DNA of 52,567 bases from an uncultured Beijerinckiaceae bacterium (GCA_964243415.1 CAXTFG010000001.1:1-52567); one strand, 5' to 3'. Counted from the first letter of the stretch, positions 1 through 10,135 are shown. A program made the numbers and translations. The notes: generated from the sequence alone by a model not told the origin.

Positions 1-251
1 CGCAACTTGTCGTCCGCCTTGATCTTCTCGAGGATGTCCGTCCCGCTCATATCCGGCAGGTTGAGATCGAGCAGCACCAGCAAGGGGCCGTTCGTGCGGA
101 CTTCTTCCTGCATCAGATGGCGGAGGGCTGTCGTGCCGCTCTCAAAATGACGGATCGCGTTGTTGACGCCGGCGCGACGGATGTTCTTCTCGATTAGCTT
201 GGCATGGCCGGGATCGTCTTCGATCATGATGATTTCGACAGGTAAGCTCAT
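1..251 (-). CDS. Response regulator receiver protein (runs off the window start)
   Basis: Manual translation from ATG 251: MSLPVEIIMIEDDPGHAKLIEKNIRRAGVNN...LLVLLDLNLPDMSGTDILEKIKADDKL. It has the acidic EDD pocket and the LLDLNLP phospho-Asp motif. ATGA overlap with the upstream kinase stop. Confidence 0.9.
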   Translation of the reverse strand, partial: MSLPVEIIMIEDDPGHAKLIEKNIRRAGVNNAIRHFESGTTALRHLMQEEVRTNGPLLVLLDLNLPDMSGTDILEKIKADDKL

Positions 252-1774
252 CGCATTGCTCTCGCTTTTGGCTGGAAATCAGTCGGGAGCACCACGATGA
301 ACGTCGAGCCCGTCCCGTATTCGGACTGCACGGATACGTTGCCTCCAAGACGCCGCGCCAGATTGCGGACGTAGGCGAGACCGATGCCTTCGCCAGGCTT
401 ATCCTGTTCACCCGATCGACGAAACAGTTCGAAGATGCGCTCGAAATCCTTGGATTCGATCCCTCGGCCGTTGTCCTTGATCTCGTAACGAACGTAGCCG
501 CCCTGGGTTCTACCAACCACTTCGATCCGGCCCGCCCGGCCTGGCTTCAGATACTTCGTCGCATTCTCGATGAGATTACCGAAGATCTGCTCGACCGCCA
601 GCCTGTCACTCACGACATCTGGCAAATCTGGCCCGATCTCAACTTCGGCCTCGGCCGCCGCAAGCTGCTGCGATAGGCTTTTGCTTTGCGCCTCGACCAT
701 CTCGCGCACGTCGATCTTCTGCGGCGTCAATACCCGCCGCCCCTCGCGCGAAAGCTTGAGAATGGCATTTATGAGACGGTCCATTTTGGCCGTGGAGGTC
801 CGGATGAAGCTAAGCGCTTCCGGCAAATCCGTCTCGATCGCCGCCCGCCGCTCGTTCGTCACCAGCTGCGGGGCTGCCTCCTCGGCGTCAGTCAAGAAAG
901 ACGCAATGTCGCCACGCACCGCGTCGAGTTCACTCGTAAATCCCATGACGTTGACGAGCGGCGCCCGAAGGTCGTGGCTGACGATATATGCGAAGCGCTG
1001 GATTTCCTCGTTGGCGACCTGCAGTTCGGATACGCGTTCGGCGACAAGCCCTTCCAGGTTCTCGTTATTGAGGCGGAGATCGTCCTGCGCTTCCAGAAGC
1101 GCGCCCGTCGAGCGCCGCGCCGCAGTGATGACGTAGCCGGCCAGCGCGACGATCAAAACGATGGCAGCGAGAGTGGCGCCCGCGAGCAAGGCGTTATTGA
1201 AATCCTCGCCCCGGCTCAGGACGGTCTGCGCACGATCTTCCTCCGCTTCGATCTCGCCGATCTCCTCGCGGATGGTCGTCATGATGTTGTTGCCGGTGTC
1301 GTTCCTCACGATGGCGAGGGCGGCGGCCAAGTCGCCTTGCTCGGCGGGAACAAGCGTCGATGCGAGTTCGCGCAGCTTCCCCTGCATCAGCTTTTCCACC
1401 CGCCCGATGGACGCGCTTTGGACTTGATTTCCGGCTGCCAGAAGCTTGAGATCGGATGCCGCTTTCGGCGCCTCGGCAGATCCGGACAAATACGGTTGCA
1501 GATAGTTTCTGTTGTTCGTCAGCAAGAAACCTCGCTGCCCCGTCTCGGCATCCTGGATCAAGGTCAGGAGCTGGTAGGCTTTCGAGCGAAGGGTGAGGGT
1601 GTGGCTGACGGTGTCGGCATAGTGACGGCTGCTGACGAACAGCCAGATGGAGCCGGCCGCAAGGGCGAGAAGCAGCACGAACCCGCCCACGAGAGGCACT
1701 TGGCCGCCGGCCCGATACGCGGGGCGAATCGGATCAGCACCCTTGATCTTAGTCGTCGAAGTCAGCGCGGACAT
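248..1774 (-). CDS. CHASE3-domain sensor histidine kinase
   Basis: Two TM segments flank a CHASE3 signature (IQDAETGQRGFLLT). H-box SHDLRAPL, N-box NLIENATKY, G boxes DNGRGI and GEGIGL. Start placed at MSALTS because the longer ORF overlaps dapB. Confidence 0.9.
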   Translation of the reverse strand: MSALTSTTKIKGADPIRPAYRAGGQVPLVGGFVLLLALAAGSIWLFVSSRHYADTVSHTLTLRSKAYQLLTLIQDAETGQRGFLLTNNRNYLQPYLSGSAEAPKAASDLKLLAAGNQVQSASIGRVEKLMQGKLRELASTLVPAEQGDLAAALAIVRNDTGNNIMTTIREEIGEIEAEEDRAQTVLSRGEDFNNALLAGATLAAIVLIVALAGYVITAARRSTGALLEAQDDLRLNNENLEGLVAERVSELQVANEEIQRFAYIVSHDLRAPLVNVMGFTSELDAVRGDIASFLTDAEEAAPQLVTNERRAAIETDLPEALSFIRTSTAKMDRLINAILKLSREGRRVLTPQKIDVREMVEAQSKSLSQQLAAAEAEVEIGPDLPDVVSDRLAVEQIFGNLIENATKYLKPGRAGRIEVVGRTQGGYVRYEIKDNGRGIESKDFERIFELFRRSGEQDKPGEGIGLAYVRNLARRLGGNVSVQSEYGTGSTFIVVLPTDFQPKARAMR

Positions 1775-1906
1775 CTCGGCTCCGGTCCGTTCCAGACGTG
1801 AGCCTCTTGGCAGAACGGACGCCGCTTTCCAAGCGCCGCCGGCGGCTGCAAGGTCTTCCGCTCTCGCCGGATCGTCCCTATACGAGTCTGGTCGAAAGGG
1901 TGAGCG

Positions 1907-2722
1907 ATGGCCGACATGCGGCTGGTTGTGGTCGGTGCGGCTGGCCGGATGGGACGAACGCTCGTCCGGTTGATCGGCGAGGCGGAGGGGATCACGCTCT
2001 CCGGCGCTCTGGAGAGCCCGGCATCGCCGGTTCTTGGCGAAGATGCGGGGGCGCTTGCCGGTTGTCGAGCGATGGGCGTCTGCGTTTCCGCTGACCCGCT
2101 TGAGCTCGTCGTCGCAGCGGACGGCATCATCGATTTCTCGACGCCTGCAACCAGCCTGGCGCTCGCAACCTTGGCCGCCCAGGCTCGCATCGTGCACGTG
2201 ATCGGAACGACTGGTTTTACGCCTGAGGCGTCGGGCAAGCTCGAAGCTGCCGCCCGCCACGCCACCATCATCAAGTCGGGCAACATGAGTCTCGGCGTCA
2301 ATCTGCTGGCCGCGCTTGCCCGTCAAGCCGCGCGAGCTCTGGGCGATATGTTCGACGTCGAGATCGTCGAAATGCACCATCGGGGAAAGATCGACGCGCC
2401 TTCAGGTACGGCGCTCCTTCTCGGCGAGGCGGTGGCTGAAGGTCGCGATGTCGCGCTCACCGACCGGTCGGTGCGCGGCCGCGACGGCGTGACCGGCGCC
2501 CGAGTCCGCGGCGATATCGGCTTCGCGTCACTGCGTGGCGGGACCGTTGTCGGTGAGCACGGCATTGTCTTCGCCGGGGAAGGGGAGCGAATCGAGCTTG
2601 CTCATAAGGCGGAAGACCGGGCGATTTTCGCGAGGGGCGCGTTGCGCGCCGCCCTGTGGGGCCGTGATCGTAAGCCCGGTCTGTTTTCGATGACCGACGT
2701 CATCGGCATGCCGACCACTTAG
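1907..2722 (+). CDS. dapB: 4-hydroxy-tetrahydrodipicolinate reductase
   Basis: GAAGRMG, IGTTG and [15 protein letters not shown] signature motifs. Confidence 0.97.
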   Translation: MADMRLVVVGAAGRMGRTLVRLIGEAEGITLSGALESPASPVLGEDAGALAGCRAMGVCVSADPLELVVAADGIIDFSTPATSLALATLAAQARIVHVIGTTGFTPEASGKLEAAARHATIIKSGNMSLGVNLLAALARQAARALGDMFDVEIVEMHHRGKIDAPSGTALLLGEAVAEGRDVALTDRSVRGRDGVTGARVRGDIGFASLRGGTVVGEHGIVFAGEGERIELAHKAEDRAIFARGALRAALWGRDRKPGLFSMTDVIGMPTT

Positions 2723-2766
2723 TCATGCTACATCTTGGTTTCCGATAGCTCGAAGGATCCGATCTG

Positions 2767-3426
2767 ATGGCTCGCACCCTTGTCCTGCTGCGCCACGGGC
2801 AGAGCGAATGGAACCTGCTCAACCTGTTCACCGGTTGGAAGGACCCCGGCCTGACCGAGCGGGGTTACGGCGAAGCGCGGGCGGCGGGCGCGGGATTGAA
2901 GAAGCTCGGATTGCATTTCGATCGCGCCTTCGTGTCCGACTTGGCACGCGCCCGGGATACGCTCGAAACAACCCAGGAAGTGCTCGGTCAACATCTCGAG
3001 CCTGTCGTCAGCAAGGCCTTGCGCGAACGAGACTATGGCGACCTTTCCGGCCTCAACAAGGACGAGGCGCGCGAGAAATGGGGTGCCGAGCAGGTGAAGA
3101 TCTGGCGCCGCTCGTACGATACCTCGCCGCCCGGAGGCGAAAGCCTGCGCGACACGGTTGCACGCACGCTCCCCTACTATTGCCAAGCAATCTTGCCCTG
3201 CGTGCTACGCGGCGACAACGTTCTCGTGGTCGCGCATGGCAACAGCCTCCGCGCGCTCGTCATGGTGCTCGATGGATTGAACCCGACCACGATTCCCACG
3301 GTCGAAATTCAGACCGGGGTTCCCCTCGTCTACCAGATCGGGCCCGATGCCATCGTCCAGTCGAAACAGATCATCGAGCCGGACATCGAGCCGCGTCGTC
3401 CAGATGACATGCTACCAAGAGGTTAG
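2767..3426 (+). CDS. gpmA: 2,3-bisphosphoglycerate-dependent phosphoglycerate mutase
   Basis: [29 protein letters not shown] and AHGNSLRAL motifs. Confidence 0.96.
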   Translation: MARTLVLLRHGQSEWNLLNLFTGWKDPGLTERGYGEARAAGAGLKKLGLHFDRAFVSDLARARDTLETTQEVLGQHLEPVVSKALRERDYGDLSGLNKDEAREKWGAEQVKIWRRSYDTSPPGGESLRDTVARTLPYYCQAILPCVLRGDNVLVVAHGNSLRALVMVLDGLNPTTIPTVEIQTGVPLVYQIGPDAIVQSKQIIEPDIEPRRPDDMLPRG

Positions 3427-3434
3427 CGCGCGCC

Positions 3435-3459
3435 GGAACAAAAAAAGATACAGTTTGTT
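3435..3459 (+). promoter_or_regulatory. Possible sigmaEcfG-type promoter (GGAAC-N16-TGTT) upstream of the receiver-alkB pair
   Basis: GGAAC at 3435-3439 and GTT at 3457-3459, about 90 bp before ATG 3547. A degenerate CtrA-like TTAC-N7-TTCAC lies at 3468-3483. Confidence 0.35.
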
Positions 3460-3546
3460 TACGGTGCTTACACTTTGGTTCACCGGCTTTGCGCCAGGAA
3501 CGTACCAAGTGGGCGCAGTAAGGATGCGCTTCCTGAAAGGCTAAGC

Positions 3547-4074
3547 ATGTCGCATCTCGAGATCCTGCTCGTCGACGACGACCCCCTAATCCGTCATGTG
3601 CTTGCGGATGAGCTGGAGGAGGCCGGTCACTTCGTGACGCCGGTCGTGGGTGGCGAGGCGGCCCTCGAGGTTTTGCGCGATGTCGGCGAGTTTGACCTTA
3701 TTCTGATTGACTACACGATGCCGGAGATGTCGGGCACGGAGTTGGCAGAGCATATCCTGCAGCGCGATCCGAAAGCGCATCTCGCGATTCTGACCGGGCA
3801 TGCAAACCTCCCGAACGAGCCACCGTGTCCTGTTCTCACCAAAGGCGTCCGAATGGGCGAGTTGATCAAGGCGATCGAGGCCATCGCTGGCGGGCGCGAC
3901 GCTGCCCTCCCACACGACGCGACGATGGCTCGGGTCGATCTGCTCAGGGACCAGATCTCGACCAGACCGACCATGGGTGGCGTGCGCAGCGGCATGGGTG
4001 CGACCTATGAAACGCCATCGCAAGATGTGCCCGATGCGTTCGCCTCGCTGCTAGAGCGCCTGCCAGACAAGTGA
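3547..4074 (+). CDS. Response regulator receiver protein with C-terminal extension
   Basis: ILLVDDD, LIDYTMPEMSG, ILTG and LTK receiver motifs, then about 55 unrecognised residues. Confidence 0.85.
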   Translation: MSHLEILLVDDDPLIRHVLADELEEAGHFVTPVVGGEAALEVLRDVGEFDLILIDYTMPEMSGTELAEHILQRDPKAHLAILTGHANLPNEPPCPVLTKGVRMGELIKAIEAIAGGRDAALPHDATMARVDLLRDQISTRPTMGGVRSGMGATYETPSQDVPDAFASLLERLPDK

Positions 4075-4715
4075 CTGCTGTTACGGCAGTCGAACTCGCG
4101 GCGGGTCTCTTCTATTACCCCGGTTATCTCGAACGCGATCGCCAAGCGGCTCTGCTCGGTGAAATTCGCGTCGCGCTTCTGGTGGCTCCGCTGTATCGGC
4201 CGACGATGCCCAAAAGCGGCGCTCCGCTTTCGGTATGTATGTCGAATTGCGGAAGGCTCGGATGGCTTTCTGATCGCGACGGCTATCATTACGTGGCGAC
4301 GCATCCGGTGACGCAACAACCGTGGCCGCCCTTGCCCGCGCTCGCCCGGATCGCCTGGGAGGAGCTGTCGCGATATCCAAGGCCGCCGGAAGCTTGCCTC
4401 ATTAACTATTACGCCGATAACGCGAGGATGGGCCTGCATCAGGATCGCGACGAGGAAGGCTTCGTTGCACCCGTCATATCCTTATCGCTCGGAAGTACCT
4501 GCGTATTTCGCTTCGGAGGCACCGAACGTCGCGGCCCGACCCGGAGCGTCAAACTCCAGTCCGGCGACGCGTTAGTGCTTGGCGGACCGTCGCGTCTCGC
4601 CTTCCACGGCGTCGACCGCATTCTCGGCGGTTCGTCGACGCTCCTGCCGGAAGGTGGCCGCTTCAATCTCACACTAAGGCGGGTGACGGGCGAACCGCTC
4701 GACGAGACGGTGTGA
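4071..4715 (+). CDS. alkB: Fe(II)/2-oxoglutarate dioxygenase AlkB
   Basis: CLINYY, MGLHQDRDE (HxD), FHGV and RFNLTLR motifs. GTGA overlap with the upstream gene. Confidence 0.9.
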   Translation: MTAVTAVELAAGLFYYPGYLERDRQAALLGEIRVALLVAPLYRPTMPKSGAPLSVCMSNCGRLGWLSDRDGYHYVATHPVTQQPWPPLPALARIAWEELSRYPRPPEACLINYYADNARMGLHQDRDEEGFVAPVISLSLGSTCVFRFGGTERRGPTRSVKLQSGDALVLGGPSRLAFHGVDRILGGSSTLLPEGGRFNLTLRRVTGEPLDETV

Positions 4716-4721
4716 AGCCGT

Positions 4722-5339
4722 TCAGTTCAACCTGGGATCGGCTTTGGGGCCGCCGCGGGACACGCCGACCTTGGCCGGGCGCAGCACGCGCTCGCCGATC
4801 GAGAAACCCTGCTCGACCACCTGCATGACGGTGCCCGATGGCAAACTCTCGTCCGGCACTTCGAACAAAGCCTCATGCATGTTCGGGTCGAAGCGCTTAC
4901 CCATCGGTTCGAGCTTCTTCACGCCGAAGCGGGCGAGGCGAGATACGAAGTCGCGTTCGGTCAGCTCGATCCCCTCAATGAAGCTCTTGAGGCGCGGCTC
5001 GGCTGCCTCTCGAGCTTCTGCCGGAACCGCTTCCAGAGACCGGTGCAGGTTGTCGGCGAAGGTCAGCATGTCGCGCGCGAACGATGTGACGCCGTAGCTT
5101 TTGGCATCGGCGACCTCGCGTTCCGTCCGCCGACGCAAGTTTTCCATATCGGCTAGCGCACGGAGGGCGCGATCCTTGAGCTCGACGTTCTCGGCCTGCA
5201 ACGCTTCGAGAACCTTGAACGGATCGGGTTCGGACGTACCACCGACGGTCGCAGCCGCCGCACCCTCGGGTGCGTTATCGTTCTCAGGGTGGCTTGCGAT
5301 GCGGTTGCCGTTGGCATGATCCTGGTTTTGGTCGTTCAT
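4722..5339 (-). CDS. grpE: Nucleotide exchange factor GrpE
   Basis: [21 protein letters not shown] and [10 protein letters not shown] motifs. Confidence 0.97.
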   Translation of the reverse strand: MNDQNQDHANGNRIASHPENDNAPEGAAAATVGGTSEPDPFKVLEALQAENVELKDRALRALADMENLRRRTEREVADAKSYGVTSFARDMLTFADNLHRSLEAVPAEAREAAEPRLKSFIEGIELTERDFVSRLARFGVKKLEPMGKRFDPNMHEALFEVPDESLPSGTVMQVVEQGFSIGERVLRPAKVGVSRGGPKADPRLN

Positions 5340-5375
5340 GAGATCCTGAGGTCCGGATTCGAAAAGCCGCGCCTC

Positions 5376-5404
5376 ATATCAGTTTAGCTGCTTGGAATAT
5401 CAAG
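5376..5404 (-). promoter_or_regulatory. RpoH (sigma32)-type promoter of grpE
   Basis: Minus strand reads CTTGAT-N16-CTGATAT, close to the rhizobial RpoH consensus CTTGAA-N15/16-CCTATAT. It lies 36 bp upstream of grpE, a classic heat-shock gene. Confidence 0.7.
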
Positions 5405-5440
5405 CCGAGCGCGAGACGCGGCGCGGACGAAACGGAAGCG

Positions 5441-5769
5441 GTGATGGATCACGTGGAATGCGTCGTCGTCGGGGCCGGCGTGATTGGTTTGGCGATCGCC
5501 CGCGCGATGGCGCGGGCCGGCCGTAAGGTTCTCGTCATGGACGCGGCGGACTCATTGGGAGCCGGCACATCGGGCCGCGGCAGCGGCGTGATCCCCGCAG
5601 GATTGTACTATTCGACGGATAGCCTCAAGGCGCGGTTCTGCATTGCGACGACCACGGCATCGATGGCCTCGTAAACCTGTTCGGGATCGAATCGCCCGGC
5701 CTGACGTCCTGTCTCGCCATCGCCGACCACATTCGCAAGATGCTGACCGGAAGCCTGAGGCTGCCCTGA
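5441..5769 (+). pseudogene. Internally deleted FAD-dependent oxidoreductase (L-2-hydroxyglutarate oxidase/LhgO-like)
   Basis: The N-terminus ([14 protein letters not shown]...[26 protein letters not shown]) is joined out of frame at about 5645 to the family C-terminus ([26 protein letters not shown]...*, stop 5767-5769). The middle of the protein is absent. Confidence 0.85.
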
Positions 5770-5828
5770 GCATCTTTGCAAAGGCGTCGGCGACCGCTAC
5801 AGCGCCCCATTCGAAGGAACGCTGCCCC

Positions 5829-6035
5829 ATGAAGATCTCCGCCCGCAACCAGCTCTCCGGCACAGTGCTCGACGTGCGCAAGGGTGCCACGACCTCTCAC
5901 GTCGTCATCGAGGTCGGCGGTCAGCAGCTGTTCGCGTCGATTACCAACGAAGCGGTGGCGGAGCTTGGCCTCGAAAAGGGCAAAAAAGCCACCGCCGTGA
6001 TCAAGGCCTCCGACGTGATGGTCGCCGTCGACTGA
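5829..6035 (+). CDS. Molybdate-binding Mop/TOBE (molbindin) protein
   Basis: 68 aa, MKISARNQLSGTV...SITNEAVAELGL...AVIKASDVMV, the Mop signature. AAGGA RBS upstream. Confidence 0.92.
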   Translation: MKISARNQLSGTVLDVRKGATTSHVVIEVGGQQLFASITNEAVAELGLEKGKKATAVIKASDVMVAVD

Positions 6036-6039
6036 CGGG

Positions 6040-6366
6040 TCAGACCTTCTTGGTCGACCCGATGCGGAGGGTGTCCTTGGCATTCGCTTGGAGCAGCCCT
6101 TCCACCTTGTTGGCCATGGCTGCCAGCAGCCAAGGAAGCTGGATCTCAACCTGGATATTGGCCGGCTGCACGTCGATGGTCGCGGTCGCAGTCTGCCCAA
6201 TTGCAGACGCACGAAGGTGCGCGACGTCGCCGACCCAGACGAGTTCCGCCCGTCCGACCTTGTCAATGTATTGCGTCTTGAGCAGGTCGAAGCGCTCGCT
6301 GATGCGCTTCCTTGCTTCCGGCACGCTGAGATCGTGCGGGAAGGACATGTTGATGGACCGCGACAT
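6040..6366 (-). CDS. Polyhydroxyalkanoic acid system family protein (PHA_gran_rgn-like), copy 1
   Basis: 108 aa with the pattern PHDLSVPEARKRI...W.GD...GQ...VEIQLPWLLA. GGAG RBS. Confidence 0.7.
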   Translation of the reverse strand: MSRSINMSFPHDLSVPEARKRISERFDLLKTQYIDKVGRAELVWVGDVAHLRASAIGQTATATIDVQPANIQVEIQLPWLLAAMANKVEGLLQANAKDTLRIGSTKKV

Positions 6367-6490
6367 GCGAGCGTTCTCCGGACGCGCATAAGGTAAGCGT
6401 TCGGCGGCGGACCGGAAGGGCCCGATCGGCTAAGCCGAAGCGGTCATCTAGGACGAGCCTCCGACTGCGAGCTTCTCGGTTCGCTCACCG

Positions 6491-6826
6491 TCAAGCGGCT
6501 AGAGCCGACTTCGGCGCGGTCGTCGGATGCAGGGCGTCGGCATTACCCCTGATAATCGCTTCGACCATCCCGGCCATGCCGGCCAGCAGTCGGGGCAGCT
6601 CGATCTCGATCCTGAGATGGTTGGCCTCGAGATCGACTCGTGCGAAGCCCGTCTGACCAAGTGCGGTGACGCGCGCGTGGCCGGTCGTCCCATCCCAGGT
6701 CAGCTCGGCCGACCCGATCCGGTCCACGTAGGTCTTCTTGAGGCGGCGAAAGCGATTATCGATCCTCACCTTCGCGCCGTCGACGCCAAGGTCGTGCCTA
6801 GACGTGATTACGATCGTGCCAGCCAT
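6491..6826 (-). CDS. Polyhydroxyalkanoic acid system family protein (PHA_gran_rgn-like), copy 2
   Basis: Colinear paralogue of copy 1 (HDLGVDGAKVRI, YVDRIGSAELTWDG, LGQT, IEIELPRLLA). Confidence 0.7.
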   Translation of the reverse strand: MAGTIVITSRHDLGVDGAKVRIDNRFRRLKKTYVDRIGSAELTWDGTTGHARVTALGQTGFARVDLEANHLRIEIELPRLLAGMAGMVEAIIRGNADALHPTTAPKSALAA

Positions 6827-6898
6827 GGCGTTTCCCCGGCAGATCAAGCCGAGTTAACCGAAAGAGGTTACCACGTCCTTAGCGGACCCGAGGTGACT

Positions 6899-8113
6899 TC
6901 AAGCTTTGCGGAGCGCTTCGACGCCGGGCAGGGACTTGCCTTCGAGCCACTCAAGGAAGGCGCCACCGGCGGTCGAAAGATAGCTCAGCTGATCGCCCAC
7001 GCCCGCGAGGTTCAGCGCCGACACGGTGTCGCCGCCGCCGGCGATCGTCTTCAGCCTGCCGGCCCGTGTCAGTGCCGCGGCCGCCTGCGCGACGCGCACG
7101 GTACCGCGGTCGAAGGGCGGGATCTCAAACGCGCCGAACGGGCCGTTCCAAACAAGTGTCTTCACGTCCTGAAGCAACGCCTCGATGCGCGACACCGTTT
7201 GCGGCCCGATGTCGAGGATCATCTTGTCGGCTGGCACGGCGTCGATGGAAACGGTTTCGTCAGGTGCGCCCGCCTCGAATTTGCTTGCGACCACGGCATC
7301 GACGGGCAGCACGATCTCACAGCCGGTGTCCCTCGCCCCAGCCATTATGGCGCGCGCCGTGTCGGCCATCTCCTTTTCGCATAGCGAGGTGCCGACCGCG
7401 ATGCCCTGGGCGAAAAGGAAAGTGTTGGCCATGCCTCCACCGATGATCAGGACGTTGACGCGCTTGACGAGATTGCCGAGCAGATCGAGCTTGGTCGAGA
7501 CTTTGGCGCCGCCGACGATCGCCGCGAGCGGGCGTTCGGGCGCGCTCAAGGCGGCGCTGAGGTGATCGATTTCGGCTTGCATGGCGCGACCGGCGAACGC
7601 CGGCATGACGCGGGCGAGTCCCTCGGTCGAGGCGTGCGCGCGGTGGGCCGCCGAAAAGGCATCGTTGACGTAGAGATCGCCGAGCTTGGCGAGGTCGGCC
7701 ACGAAAGCCTGATCGTTCTCGGTCTCGCCCTTGTGAAACCGCGTGTTCTCGAGCAGCACCACGTCGCCCGCCGCCATGGCGTTGACCGCCGTCTGTGCCT
7801 TTTGCCCAATGCAGCCCTCGACGAACCCGACCGTCCGGCCAAGTTCTCGTGCCAGAGCTGTGGCAAGCGGCTCGAGAGTGCTTTTGGCCTCATACGCGCC
7901 CTTCGGACGACCGAAATGGGCGAGGAGGACGACCTTGGCGTTTTTCTCCCCCAGTTCGCGAATTGTGGGCAACACTCGCGTGATCCGGGTCAGGTCAGAT
8001 ACCACGCCGTTCGCCATCGGCACGTTGAGGTCGACGCGGACCAGCACCCGTTTGCCCGCGACATCGGCCTCGTCGAGCGTTCGGACGGCCGGCGCCGGCT
8101 GTCCGCTCGTCAT
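6899..8113 (-). CDS. pgk: Phosphoglycerate kinase
   Basis: [35 protein letters not shown] and [14 protein letters not shown] motifs. TGATG overlap with gap. Confidence 0.98.
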   Translation of the reverse strand: MTSGQPAPAVRTLDEADVAGKRVLVRVDLNVPMANGVVSDLTRITRVLPTIRELGEKNAKVVLLAHFGRPKGAYEAKSTLEPLATALARELGRTVGFVEGCIGQKAQTAVNAMAAGDVVLLENTRFHKGETENDQAFVADLAKLGDLYVNDAFSAAHRAHASTEGLARVMPAFAGRAMQAEIDHLSAALSAPERPLAAIVGGAKVSTKLDLLGNLVKRVNVLIIGGGMANTFLFAQGIAVGTSLCEKEMADTARAIMAGARDTGCEIVLPVDAVVASKFEAGAPDETVSIDAVPADKMILDIGPQTVSRIEALLQDVKTLVWNGPFGAFEIPPFDRGTVRVAQAAAALTRAGRLKTIAGGGDTVSALNLAGVGDQLSYLSTAGGAFLEWLEGKSLPGVEALRKA

Positions 8114-9120
8114 CAGAGCACCATGCCCATCGCGACCGCCGTATCGGCCATGCGGTTGGAAAAGCCCCACTCGTTGTCGTACCAGGACAAGACGCGCACG
8201 AACTTGCCTTCCATGACCTTGACCTGATCCATTGCGAAGATCGATGAGTGCGCATCGTGATTGAAGTCGATCGACACGTTCGGGTCCTCGGTGTAGGCGA
8301 GAATGCCCTTGAGGCCGTGCTGGGAAGCTCGCTTGATCGCCTCACGGATCTCGGCAACATCGGTCGCTCGCTTGGCTACGAACTTGAAATCGACCACCGA
8401 CACGTTCGGCGTCGGCACGCGGATGGCCGACCCATCGAGCCGGCCGGCAAGCTCAGGCAGGACCAGGCCGACGGCCTTGGCGGCTCCCGTCGTCGTGGGA
8501 ATCATCGATAGGGCGGCGGCGCGAGCCCGATAAAGATCCTTGTGCATCGTGTCGAGCGTCGGCTGGTCGCCGGTGTAGGAGTGGATGGTGGTCATGAAGC
8601 CGTGGTCGATACCGATGGCGTCGTGCAGCACCTTCGCCACCGGCGCCAGGCAGTTCGTCGTGCAGGAAGCATTCGAGACCACGAGGTGCTCCCTCGTGAG
8701 CTTGTCATGATTGACGCCAAAGACGACGGTCAGATCGGCTTTGTCGCCGGGCGCTGAGACCAGTACGCGCTTGGCACCAGCCTCGAGATGAGCCGAAGCC
8801 TTGTCCTTCGAAGTAAAAATTCCGGTGCATTCCAGAGCGACCTCGATGCCGAGATCGCGATGCGGCAACTCTGCCGGATTGCGAATTGCCGTGACCTTGA
8901 TGGGACCGGTGCCGACATCGATCGTGTCGCCTTCCACCCGAACCGTGCCGGGGAAGCGACCGTGGATCGAATCGTAGCGCAGCAGATGCGCATTGGTTTC
9001 CACTGGCCCGAGATCGTTGATGGCGACGACCTCAATGTCCTTGCGTCCGGACTCCGCGATGGCGCGAAGCACATTGCGACCGATCCGTCCGAACCCGTTG
9101 ATGGCGACACGCACAGCCAT
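8113..9120 (-). CDS. gap: Type I glyceraldehyde-3-phosphate dehydrogenase
   Basis: [21 protein letters not shown] and WYDNEWGF motifs. Confidence 0.99.
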   Translation of the reverse strand: MAVRVAINGFGRIGRNVLRAIAESGRKDIEVVAINDLGPVETNAHLLRYDSIHGRFPGTVRVEGDTIDVGTGPIKVTAIRNPAELPHRDLGIEVALECTGIFTSKDKASAHLEAGAKRVLVSAPGDKADLTVVFGVNHDKLTREHLVVSNASCTTNCLAPVAKVLHDAIGIDHGFMTTIHSYTGDQPTLDTMHKDLYRARAAALSMIPTTTGAAKAVGLVLPELAGRLDGSAIRVPTPNVSVVDFKFVAKRATDVAEIREAIKRASQHGLKGILAYTEDPNVSIDFNHDAHSSIFAMDQVKVMEGKFVRVLSWYDNEWGFSNRMADTAVAMGMVL

Positions 9121-9429
9121 GGTTAAGAGCCTCCCTTGCGTGGCGCCTTCTCGGCCGACGCTTGTTCAACGCGCCAAATGCGACCGAATGACCGCGACGC
9201 CTACCTATCGGATATAGGCACGACGATGGAAAAAACCTCGTCCCGCGACGTCCCGCAGACAGGACTTTTACGTAAGAGATCATCCTCTCGGTCAACACGA
9301 AAAGGATCGCGGGTCTCCTTGTGATAAAGCTTGTTCCGCGCCCGCACTGACGTGTGCACTCGCGCTATCGGCGCGTTGACGCGCGCGGCGCATGTGCCTC
9401 AGATGGTTCCTTCCAGCGAAGCCTAACAC

Positions 9430-9723
9430 TTGTCCCTGAGCCGCCCAGCTTCCCTCGATGCCGCGCTGAAACGCCTGTCGGGCGCTCTCGATCAGCTTGC
9501 GGCGGCGACGGAGCGTGTTCACCGAGCCGAAGCGGAGCGACGCGACATCGAGGACACGCTGGCCCTGATGCAGGACGATCGCGATCGGCTCGCTCACGAA
9601 CTCGACGTCGCGTTGGATCGTGCGCGACGGCTCGAAAACGCGACGGACGAGATTGCGATGCGCCTCGGCAGGGCCGGTTCCAACCTGCGCCGCCATCTCG
9701 CATCGACGGGGCAGGACGTATAG
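9430..9723 (+). CDS. DUF4164-like coiled-coil protein
   Basis: Short coiled coil (DRDRLAHELD) abutting zapA, its usual position in Hyphomicrobiales. TTG start is uncertain. Confidence 0.75.
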   Translation: MSLSRPASLDAALKRLSGALDQLAAATERVHRAEAERRDIEDTLALMQDDRDRLAHELDVALDRARRLENATDEIAMRLGRAGSNLRRHLASTGQDV

Positions 9724-10092
9724 ATGGCGACCGTCTCGGTTACCATCGCCGGTCGGACCTATCGCATGGCCTGTGGCGAGGGCGAGGAGGCGCACCTGCA
9801 GCAGCTTGCTCGCCATGTCGACCAGACGCTCGCGGCGATGCGCAAGGGCTTCGGCGAGATCGGTGACAGCCGTCTCATCGTGATGACCGCCATCACCGTT
9901 GCCGACGAACTCTTCGAAGCCCGGGGGCGGGTCGCCGAACTCGAAGCGGCCCTGTCCGAGGTCGAAGCGATCCGGGCGGATGGCGAGGCGATGCGCGACA
10001 TGCTCGCGGCCGATGTGGTTGAGCTGCTAGAGAATGCCTCGGAGCGTGTCGATCATCTCGTCCAGCATCTCAACGAAGCAGGAAAGAGCTGA
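9724..10092 (+). CDS. zapA: Cell division protein ZapA
   Basis: VSVTIAGRTYRMACGEGEEAHL...FGEIGDSRLIVMTAITVADEL. Confidence 0.93.
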   Translation: MATVSVTIAGRTYRMACGEGEEAHLQQLARHVDQTLAAMRKGFGEIGDSRLIVMTAITVADELFEARGRVAELEAALSEVEAIRADGEAMRDMLAADVVELLENASERVDHLVQHLNEAGKS

Positions 10093-10135
10093 CGCTTTTC
10101 TGGTAGGGTCCCTCATCGTTGAGCAAGACTTTCCG

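Noticed and set aside
1775-2380. N-terminal 200 aa of the 710-aa ORF 248..2380
   Set aside because: Overlaps dapB on the opposite strand and has no domain features; the kinase starts at about 1774.
10093-10135. 6S RNA downstream of zapA
   Set aside because: Only 43 bp before arfB, too short for 6S RNA.
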